NCBI RefSeq assembly: GCF_035594765.1
Contig: NC_085844.1
Location: 187,628,107 to 187,692,106, forward strand
DNA length: 64,000 nucleotides
Reading direction: 5' to 3'
Origin: Anolis carolinensis
Lineage: Eukaryota
Made by a program: the position numbers and the translations under genes
Part shown: piece after piece, positions 26,001-36,700 of the stretch
Layout: the number at the start of each line of letters is the position of its first letter
Numbering within the stretch: the stretch's first letter is position 1
Notes under the pieces: model-generated
Databases searched by the model: none
What the model saw: the letters and a program-made list of their open reading frames with translations, nothing else
Told to the model about the DNA's origin: nothing

Positions 26001-29000
26001 GAGAACAAGCCCTATGAGGAGCGGCTTAAAGAGCTGGGCATGTTTAGCCTGCAGAAGAGGAGGCTAAGAGGAGACATGATGAGGGCCATGTATCAAGATG
26101 TGAGGAGAAGTCATAGGGAGGAGGGAGCAAGCTTGTTTTCTGCTGCCCTGGAGAATAGGACGTGGAACAACAGCTACAAACTAGAGGAAAAGAGATTCCA
26201 TCTAAACATTAGGAAGAACTCCCTAACTGTGAGAGTTGTTTGGCAGTGGAACACTCTGCTCCGGAGTGTGGTGGAGGCTCCTTCTTTGGAGGTTTTTAAA
26301 CAGAGGCTGGATGGCCATCTGTCGGGGGTGTTTTGAATGTGATTTTCCTGCTTCTTGGCAGGGGGTTGGACTGAATGGCCCAGAAGGTCTCTTCCAACTC
26401 TATGATTTCACAGGAAACCCTGGAACCAGTTCAAGGCCCGGATGGTGATGACAAAAACCACAAGACACTGATGAGTACTGGTAAAGTATCCCTTAACTGA
26501 AATGCTATGGCCCAGAAGTATTTGGGATTTTAAAATACTTACTGGTACATAATGAGACATTTGCAAACAGGATCTGAGTGCAAACATGAACACTTCATTT
26601 ACATTTCACATACATCTGAGAAATGTAGCCACAAGGCAATTTTAGACACAACGTTTTAACTAATAATAATAAACCTTATTTATAGTCAGATCTAGTTCCT
26701 GAGAAGATCATGATGCTGGGGAAAAAGGAAGAGCAAGATGGATGGATGGTATCCTGGAAGTGACTGGCTTGACCTTGAAGGAGCTGGGAGTGGTGACAGC
26801 TGACAGGGAGCTCTGGTGTGAGCTAGTTAATGAGATCACAAAAAGTCAGAAGCGACTGAATGAATAAACAAAAACATCTCCCCGAAGGGACTCAGGGTGG
26901 TTTCCAACATACAGCAACAATTCAATGCCCAAAGAAAACCATACAGTTTACATCAAGACAAAGCACATTAGACAATATAAACAACCTAACTGAACCTTAA
27001 TAAACAAAATGACAACAAATGAAATGACTAAAAATTTAAAAAATTAAAAACATAAAATACAAAAACCCTGATAAAACACATTAAAAATAAAATATATAAA
27101 ACTGAGTACATCAAAACTCCATCAGATGAGGTTCAGGATTCCTATGGTCAGGAGTACTAAAAAGGATCTAAGCTATATATATTAAAATGTAATGTGGCGC
27201 TTTATTATGGACTAAACAACAAAACCACTGAACCCAATCACACCAAATTTGGCCACAGAAAACATAGTCATCCAGTCTACATCTTTCAATCAAAAAAACC
27301 TAGAAAGATTGTCCAAATTACATAGGATGGGGAAGAGCCTTTCCCCCCCTAACTGCCAGTTAGAAAGGTAGGCTCTGCTGCCTTTAGCTGCCCCCCCCCC
27401 CCCCCGGCTTTAGGCCCTACCCCCTTTGTATCCTAGCAATTCCCTCAGCCAAAATGGTGCCCAGGGCACAGGCAGAGTGCACTTAGGCCTGATCCACACT
27501 GCCTATAAAATACAGATTATCTGATTTGAACTGGATTATATGGCAGTGGAGACTCAAGGCCCTCCCACACAGCTACAGTGTTCCCTCACTTATCACTGGG
27601 GTTAGGTTCCAGGACCACCCGCAATTAGTGAAAATCCATGAAGTAGGGACACTATATTTATTTTAATATTTATACATTATTTTAGTAGTTAAACACTGTT
27701 TTAAGTCTTTATCAACCAATCATGTGTTGATAAATCGCCTCCTTCTCCTCCTGTTGCCGCTTGGGCTCCTTTTCTCTCCCTTTGGCTTCTCCTTCCTTAG
27801 ACTGTAATTTGTCATTTTTTATGATTTATAATAGTAGTAGTAGTAGTAGTAAACTTTTATTACGGTCAATGACCAGCTCGGATTTATAATAGTCTTTTAG
27901 AGTTTATTTAAAAACCACGAAACAGCGAATCCACGAAAAGTGAACCGCGAAGTAGTGAGGGAACACTGTATATAACCCAGAATGCCAAGGCACATAATCC
28001 ACAGTATCTGCTTTGAACTGGATTACCTTGAGTCCACACTGCCATATGATCCACTTCAATGTGGATTTTATACAGCTGTGTAGAAGGGTCCTCATATAAT
28101 CCAGTATCCTGCTTGTTGATTTTAATGATTGTTTTTATTGATGTTGATGTTTTTTACTGGGATAATTTTTTTATTGCTTTGTTACTGTTATTTGTTTGTA
28201 TTATTGGGCCATGCCCCATGTAAGCCGCCTGAGTCCCTTCGGGGAGATGGGGCGGGGTATAAAAATAAAGTTATTATTATATTATTATTATTCTAAGCAG
28301 ATAATTTAAGATTATAAATATAATATGAAATAATTACTGTGGTATAATAATGCAGAACAATATAATCTCTAAAATCAGGACAATAAATAAAGAGCAACAC
28401 TTTGAAAACGGGAATTCCAGACAGGAAACAATCAGGGCCAGCTAACATCTCCCAACAAAGGATTCCCCCAGGCAGGAAGTATCCAGGCTTTCAAGCTGCA
28501 AGGCCATTAAATGCTAATCAAGGTGACTAATTGCAGCATTCATAATTGCTGCACAAAGACTATTAATTGCTATTCAACCTGGGCAACCAAGGATTCCACA
28601 AGGTAGAAAGCGGCCAGGCTTTTAACCTGCAAAACTATTCGGTGAAATTCAAGCTGGCCAAACAATGATTCCCCTACAAAGCAAGTAGCCAGGCTTCAAA
28701 GCGGCTCTTTGATTGAGGGTGCTACTCCAGCTCACCAAACAAGAATTCCCCTAGCTATAACACAGCCAGGCATTGAAGCTGCAAGGCTATTCAGTGCAAT
28801 TCAACCAGACCAACAAAGGATTAGAAGGCGGCCAGGCTTTCAAGCAGCGATACTACTCTGTACTATTGAAGCTGACCAACCAAAGATTCCCCTAGGTACC
28901 AAGCAGCCAGGCTTTGAAGTAGTGAGGCTATTCACTGCAATTCTAGCAGCCCAAAAATCATTCCCCTAGAATGTAAGTATCCAGCCTTCCAAGCAGCAAG

Positions 29001-30408
29001 CCTATTCTGTTGCATTCCAGCTCACCAAACAAGGATTACTAAAAGAAGATAGCCAGGCTTTGTGGCTGTAAGGCTATTCACTGCTATTCCGCCTGTCCAT
29101 CAATTGACTCCCATAAGCCACAGCAACACATGGCCGGGCACAGCTAGTTATCTATAAAAGGACTGGGTGAGGGGTAGTGCAAACAGTGTACCACTGGGCT
29201 GGGAAAGTGGGCGAGTTGTGCATGAAACCAGGTTTGTGTATGCTGAATTTTATCAGAGAGCAACGATATTCTATCTCAGCCCCTCATATAGACAATTTTG
29301 GTTTTTTGAGTATTTCAGGATATTTATATATTTATTGTGTCAGAAGCGAACCAAGGGTACAATTGTAATGTATTTGAAAAGACAAAGTTAAAAACTTGGC
29401 ATTATACTCAATGTCCTTTGACCAGTAGCTGGCCACGTGGAGTGCCTCTGGTGTTGCTATACGAAGGTCCTCCATTGTACATGTGGCAGGGCTCAGACTG
29501 CACTGTAATAGGTGGTCTGTGGTTTGCTCTTCTCCACACTCGAATGTCGTCAACTCCACTTTGTAGCCCCTTTTCTTAAGGTAGGCTCTGCATCTCATTG
29601 TGTTAGAGAGCAATCTATTCAGCACCTTCCAAGTTGCCCAGTTTGCTGTGTGCCCAGGAGGGAGACTCCCATTTGGTATGAGCCACGGGTTGAGGTTCCG
29701 GGTTTTAGCCTGCCACTTTTGGACTCTTGCTTGCTGAAGTGTTCCTGTAAGTATCTCTGTAGATCTTAGAAAACTATTTCTTGATTTAAAGCGTTGGCAT
29801 GCTGACGGATATCCGAACAGAGGATGGGCCGGAGACTCAGGAAGCGAGAGTCCAAAAGTGGCAGCCTAAAACCCGGAACCTCGATCAGTGGCTGTCGCCG
29901 GATGGTCAAAGGGCATTTGGTATAATGCCAAGTTTTAAAAAAACTTTGTGTTTTCAAATATATTACAACTTGTACCCTTGGTTCGCTTCTGATACAATAA
30001 ATAAACCAAAAGCGAACCCCATCCTCCATCATTGCATCCACACAGTAGCATTAAAGCAGTTAGCCACCACTTCAACTCCCACAGCTCAATGCTATGGCCT
30101 CATGGGAGTTGTAGACACAAACTACGAGTTCGAGGATCCCATAGTATTGTGCCATGGCTGTTAAAGTGTTGTCAAACTGCATTAATGCTGCAGTTTAGAT
30201 GCACCCTAGGGAGGCCTCCACTCACCTCGTCTTCACCCCTTGAAGGCAAATACTTCTTCAGCACTTCCAGCCGCAAAGGACCCGGCGCCTGAGCTTGGGC
30301 TCTCAAGCCCCGGAGCAAGCGTCGCTTTTCTCGATCGGTCCAAATTCGGGAGACGGGGCCCAAGTGGTAGCGAGCAGGAGCCGAGCGCGGCCTCGACGGG
30401 GGCTTCAT
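23004..30408 (-). CDS. SNAPC2: snRNA-activating protein complex subunit 2 (SNAP45), 335 aa, 5 exons
   Basis: Exons 30226-30408, 24661-24774, 24507-24575, 23905-24172, 23004-23377 (1008 nt) encode MKPPSRPRSAPARY...WTDREKRRLLRGL...PAPIEVWTALAEKMTG...AAFSQVLTIASTEP...VDFEKIYKYLS...ESAVLLDLLLSLPEEL...WKTLGICPLNSFMFPLDLL. Confidence 0.95.
25880..26410 (+). mobile_element. CR1 LINE 3' fragment
   Basis: ORF 25977-26336 ([31 protein letters not shown]) plus the CR1 3' tail. Confidence 0.92.
26700..26872 (+). mobile_element. RTE/Bov-B-type LINE 3' end
   Basis: EKIMMLGK...RWMDGILEVTGLTLKELGVVTADRELW...RKRLNE with a TGAATAAACAA tail. Confidence 0.7.
27167..29147 (+). mobile_element. Non-autonomous Helitron-like element carrying nested or captured TE pieces and ~60-bp tandem repeats
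   Basis: 5' TC..TATATATATTAAAATGTAATGT; 3' GCCACAGCAACACATGGCCGGGCACAG-CTAG followed by T; no TSD. Confidence 0.7.
27576..27968. mobile_element. Tigger-like MITE nested in the Helitron
   Basis: TIR CAGTGTTCCCTCACT / AGTGAGGGAACACTG with TA duplication. Confidence 0.85.
29325..30005. mobile_element. Two Vingi/Ingi-like LINE 3' pieces in inverted orientation (29325-~29805 on -, ~29830-30005 on +)
   Basis: ORF 29332-29625 (CGEEQTTDHLLQC...ATPEALHVASYWSKDI). Both pieces share GGTTCGCTTCTGA(C/T)ACAATAAATA ends and AGAGTCCAAAAGTGGCAG. Confidence 0.65.
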
Positions 30409-30753
30409 GGTAGTGAGGAGGGAAGAAACTAGTTCTCTGACCGCTATCGGGATCCTTCCTTCCTTCTACAGCAGCACACCGCCGCATAAGAATGACGTAC
30501 ACAGAACTTGGGAACGGTGGCCGGAGAGGATCATTTCCGGGAACGCCGCGGCTCCACTTTCTAGGGCGAACCTTGGGGAGAGCGGGTCGTTCCAGCGTGG
30601 TGACGTCACCAAGGAGCTCCAAGGACGCGCCTAGCAACCAAGGGATGGAACTTTGCGGGTGGACGCCCAGGGCTCCTCTCGTTGCCATGGCGACAGAAAC
30701 GCGACGCCCTCCGGCGCTCTGGAGCCGCCCAGCGGGGCCTTGAACCCGGCTTC
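30409..30753. promoter_or_regulatory. Bidirectional CpG promoter SNAPC2 / ZPBP-like gene with CRE and RFX X-box
   Basis: The two ATGs are 346 bp apart. TGACGTCA at 30601-30608; TGACGT at 30493; TTCCGG ETS-type site at ~30535; CCTAGCAAC at ~30630; GTTGCCATGGCGAC at 30681-30694. Confidence 0.75.
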
Positions 30754-33700
30754 ATGTCTTGGCCTGTAGTCGGAGTCGTTGTGTGGACCCTGGTCCTGTG
30801 GCTCTACAATGGGGCCAGTACGTGAAGAGGAGCTTCCCACAGCCTCCCTTTTACCCCCCCGGACTTTCTTTGAGGGGGGGTGTTTGTAAAAGGGAGTCTG
30901 CACGGTAGAATTAACGCAGTTTGATACCATTTTATGCTGTGGGATCCAGGTAGTTGCAGTTTGGTGAGGCATCATCAAACTTTGGTAGAGGAGGCTGAAG
31001 ATCTTGTGAAACTACAATTCCCCGAGCTATTAAAGTGGTGTCAAACTGCATTAATTCTACAGTGTAGATCAAGCATGGGCAAACTTTTAGCCATGACGAC
31101 AGTGGGTGCCAGCCATGGACAAACCTGGGCCCGCCAGGTGTTTTGGACTTCAACTCCCACCATTCTTAACAGCTTCAGGCCCCTTCCTTTTTCCCCACAT
31201 ATACAAGCGGCTGTGGGGGGAAAGGAAAGGGCCTGAAGCTGTTAGGAATCGTGGAAGTTGAAGTCCAAAACACCTGGCGGGCCCAGGTTTGTCCATGTCT
31301 GGTGTAGATGCACCCACTGTCGTCATGGCTAAAAGTCTTGTAAAACTACAACTTCCATGTGGAGGGAAGAACTGTATTGAAGTGTAAATGTTCCGAGATA
31401 CAGGAGACTGTGAATTTAATATAAGCCACTTTAGAGGTTTATTTAGTGAAATCAAAATACCCTGCATCATCAAGATTCGATGGTTCTAAAGCTGAATGAT
31501 GGGCTTCGCATGCAGAGCTTCATCAAGACCAGATCAAAGGCTAACCATTTTGTATGTTACGGATGAGGACTAAAGATACAGATTAGGATAACGCCAGACA
31601 TTTGCTTGGTATTATTTTACTTAAGCTACAGATAATTGGAAAGCACTTCTCCTCTGCAATTTGCCCGGCAGTGCCTCACTAGATAACAAAAGCAGCGCTT
31701 ATAGAAGATCCCATTCTACTTTAGTATTATTGCTGGCTTAAACATGAGGGAGCTGTGGGGTGGAGTCCAGGACTCACAAGTGCTGTTGCTTGGTCAACCC
31801 GAAATGAAATGTGTTGTCAAAGTCTTTCATGGATGGAATCACTGGGTTGCTGTGAGTTTTCCAGGCTGTATGTCCATGTTCCAGAAGCATTCTCTCCTGA
31901 TGTTTTGCCCAAATCTATGGCAGGCATCCTTAGAGGTTGTGAAGTCACAACTTCTGAGGATGCCTGTATAGATGTGGTTGAAATGTCAGTAGAGAATGCT
32001 TCTGGAACGTGGCCATACAGCCCGGAAAATTTACAGCAACCCAGTGAGTGAAATCTTATTGAGGTTCCCTATTCTTTCCAGGCTATGGACTGGATTCCCA
32101 TGAGTCATTTGACAATAAAACAGTTTCAAAACTGGATGACACTGAAGAGACAAAAACTACTGGAGAGACAGGTGAGAACATTAGAAAGATAAGTTACCAC
32201 TTCTCGGTGCTTCTATGTCCCAGAGGCCAGTGTCGCTTTATGATGGGGTGATGCCCTGTTACCAAGAAGGATATTGATCAGCTGGAACATATCCAGAGAA
32301 CGGTGACTAAAATGATCAAAGGTTTGGAAGCCAAGCCCTCTGAGGAACTGGCTGGTAAAGGACATGATAGACTGAGACTGAGAAGAGACATTATCAGCAT
32401 GTTTAAGTTTATGAAAGGGTGTCACTGAAGGCGGGACAAGTTTTTTGTTTTTATTTTTTTTTTTGCTGATCTGGAGATGAGAACAGAATAGAACAATGGA
32501 TTCAAATATCAAGAAAAGAGATTCCACCTAAACATTAGGAAGAACTTCCTGATGGTGAGAGCTGTTTGCAGGGCAATATGCTACTCCGGAGCTGGTGGAA
32601 TCTGCTTTTCTGGAGATTTTTAAGCAAGGCTGAAAGTCTATTTGTTGAGAATGCTTTGATTGTGTATTCCTGCATGGCAGGGGTTTAGACTGGACAGCCC
32701 TGTGGTCTCTTCCAACTCTATGGTTTTACTGTAGACAAGTAATTCCCAAACTCTAGGACAGGTGTTTTGGACTTCTATTCCCATAAGCCTTAGCTGATTT
32801 GGCCAATGATTAGGGATTTTGGAAAATGAAGTCCAAAACCTCTGGAGACCAGAATTTGGGAAACAACTGCCCTAGACCAACATGGGCAACTATAGAAGTC
32901 TGCAGGCTGCATTAATCTGACTTTCTGGAGATATTTAGCTGCTGAATCCCTTGCTGTGGTTCCCAGTAAAAAAAACTAAAATCAAAACATTCTGTCTCAT
33001 CTCTGCCATTTTAGGTCCGGGGGACTTTCTTTTATAAACAACTAGCTTGGGGACCCGGTGTTGCCCGGGTTATTTGAAAAAGGCATTATTTGTCTTTGAA
33101 TGTTATGTATTCTGTTTGGAGTGGGTGAACTACAATTCCCAGAATCATGGGTCAATCCTCCCCAAACCCTGCCATTATTCAAAGTTGGCCATTTTGGGTC
33201 TGTGTACCAAATGTGGGTCCAGATCTGTTGTTGGCTGGGTTCAGTGGTCTTTGGATACAGGTGAACTACAACTCCCAAAATCAAGGCCCATTCCCACAAA
33301 CCCCTGTAGTATGTTCAGTTGGTCATGTTCAGTTGCACAGAGGCTTCTCTGTGCAAAGTCTGCTCCTTGTCCATTGTCGGTGGGAGCCACTGTTTCTCTG
33401 GATGCAAGTGAACTATAAGTCCCTTTCCCCAAAACTTGTCCAATATGTTCTATTGGTTATGGGGACTCTGTGTGCCAAGTTTGGTCCTGATCCATCATGG
33501 GTAGGGTTCAATTGTAGGTGAACTATAAATCCCAGTACCTACTACTCCCAAATGTCCAGGCCAATTCCCCTCAAAACCCACCAATATTCAAATCTGGACA
33601 TATTAGGTATGCATGGCAAGTTTGGTCCAGACCCATCATTGTTTGGGTTCATAGCGTTCTGGGTGTAGGTGAACTACAACTCCTCTAAATTCCCCAGTAG

Positions 33701-36700
33701 GAGTCACAGGGCTCTGACTTGATGCAGGGTGAACTACAACTTCCACCATGTGGAGTCAATCCCCAAACTCCTCCAGGAAATTTAGTTGGTGCTCCATTTT
33801 GCTCTGTTTGTTATGCAGACAGATTTGAAAGGGAAGGGCAGTAGGCAGGGTCATGCAAATTCCACACCAATGGAGAACCCTGGGATGCCTGCCTGTGGTG
33901 GAGGAAAATGAAATGGTTCCCAAATGAAAGCATTCCTTGGGTGGTGGTTCGTAGTGTTTGGGAAGGACATTGGCAGGGTTTGGGATACATGTTCATGGAG
34001 CTCGTTGTAACCGCAATATCAGTGGAAAAGAGTGACTTGATGGCTCCTCAGCACTGGGAACTATAGCCTGTTTGTGGAGGCTGGAGGCTGTCTGTGTGAG
34101 CAGACACCTGTGCCACATACACACATACGGGTTTTCACTTTTATTATGGATACAGATAGATATAGATATGTAGATATAGATATAGATAGGAAGTTAGCAT
34201 ATATCATTTTTCTTTGATTCTTTTTTTAAAGGCATCTTCTTTGATTAAAATTGCCTGGGGATGAGGAAAACAGCAAGAATGCCCATTGGAGGGAATTTGG
34301 GCTCATTTTCTATTATTGGAGGCAGGGGAGCCTCAGAGGTCACAAAACATACCCTAGAGGGCTATACTTTTCCCATCCTGCTTTCTCATTTTCAGGACCC
34401 ATCTTTGTCCACATTGGAACCAAGGAAATCACTATACCTTGCAAGCCTGCAAAGTCTGCTGTGGCATTTGGTTTGAATCCCACCTACAATTGGACCAAAG
34501 AAAATGGAGGTAACCTAAGCATTGTTGCATAGGGATCTAGGTTTTTACATTGATGTCAAAAACTACTATTGGGTTGAGATATGGTGTTCTTGATATAGAG
34601 TGGGTGATTTGCTTTAAAGCAAAGACAGCTATGTTATCTGCAAAGAGAAAACCCAGTCCCACAGCCGGACAGTCTTTATGTGGACAAATTACCAGAAGTG
34701 TGCAAACTTTTGAGTTCTCCATAACTATTCATCAGCATAAGTGATACTGAGAACTTCTGAAGACCTACAAATCTTGTTCACTTTTGTGAGATTTTTGGGG
34801 GATGTTGATCTTACTAATAGTAATTTGAGAGGGGAGGAAAGCATTTGTGTGTCAGGCTTGTCAATATCTTTTTAGAATGATAAACACAGCTCCTCCTGTG
34901 GCCAGAATCAAGCATACCCTCATGAAGCCAGAAGCTGGAAATGTTAAATAGCCTCCGTGTCTCTGTCTCTGTGTTTCGTATGTCTATGGCATTGAATGTT
35001 TGCCATGTATATGTACATTGTGATCCACCCTGAGTCTCCTTCGGGGTGAGAAGGGTGAGATATTAATACTGTAAATAAATAAATAAATAAATAAATAAGA
35101 TAACTATAGTGACATAGGTATAATTTAAAAAAATTACAGGTAGTTCTAAATGTTAAGATCTGAGGACTTTTTACCCAAAGATTGTGCTTTGTGTGTAACT
35201 ATGCCTAAGTTATGAGTCCATATTGTCTTTAGGTTCATTATTAGTCATACATACATACACATACTCATCACACTCTGGAGAGACACATTCATCCCATCAA
35301 ACTTTCTTTCTTGTCCTGTACCATCATCTTTAAGAAGTTTTGAAAAGTGAACAGGAGAAGAGCCAATCTCTTTAGTTAGTCCCCATCTCCTCAGCTACTA
35401 CTATTAGTTGACCTTGTTCAACTAACTAAATTGAATTAGGATGTAATCTAAAGAGGCAGCAATGTGTTAGCATATCTGTCAGACATCCTGGAGAAGAAAC
35501 CAAGTTGATTAGAAACTGAATCCCTTGAATACCATTTAGTGCAAAGTAACATGGTTTAAGAGAAAGCAGAACAAAACACAAAACATAGTGGTAAAATTGT
35601 AACAATATATTTTCAATAATGCAAGCTGCCTGGTGTATAACTTCTGTAATAAGAGAATATGTACAGAATGTTAGAAGAGGTTTTGTGTAGACATTCACTC
35701 ATAGCAACAGAGTAACAAGAGAAAGCAGACTTACTTTCATAAATAGGGCAGAGGGCAGGGGAGAAATCAATGTATTCAAAGCTACAGAGTTTTCCTTACC
35801 AAATAGAATTGGAAAATACCTCACAACCTCTGAGGATGCCTGCCAGAGATGTGGGCAGTGAATGCGTCTGGAGTGAATGCTTCTGGACCATGGCTATACT
35901 TCTTGAAAAACTCACAGCAACCCAATGATTCCGGCCATGAAAGCCTTCGACAATACATGGAATTGGAAAAACGACTAAAGGGCTTTTATTGAAGCATTTC
36001 TACAGGACCACATTGGCTGATTGATTGGATTTTTTAACTCAGCATTTATGATTCTGCTGTCTGTTTCCAGGAGTCCATTTTCTTTCTGACGATGCTACCC
36101 TGACTATACATGCATTTAGTGCTGAGGATAGTGGACGCTACGTCTGTACCATATCCTACATTAAAGATGGCGAACTCAATACCAAGGTTTTCTATCACAC
36201 AGTGGCAGGTGCGTTCCTTCCTGCTATGCCAGTATAAATGTTTTGGTGGATGTTCCAGCAGAAGAGCCTTTATTTCCTTATGAAACATTCCTCACCTTGG
36301 GTACACAACAACAGTGGGAGGGCTCGTAGGCATGGTTCAGATTCCTTACATCTAAGGAGGATTTTGAGCTTTCCCCCTTCTTTCTTCCTCCTCCTTGGCA
36401 GTAAGAGAGAGAAAACTCCAGATCCAGTCTCCTCCTTGGAAGTTAGGCAGTTTTCAAAGCTCCAGATCCAGTTTCCTCCTTGGAAGTAAGGCAGTTTTCT
36501 AAAAGAAATACAAAGGGAGCTGGCTGGGTCTGGGGTTTTTCCTCTTTTACTTCCCAGGAGGAAGAAGATCCAGGAGGGAGAAGATACTTCCTTACCTCTG
36601 AAGAGGAGACTAGGTGAGGGGGTCCCCCTTTTCCCTACTCCTTCTTTGAAAATAAGAGAGGAAAAACCCCAGACACAGCTGGCTCCACACATTTTTCTCT

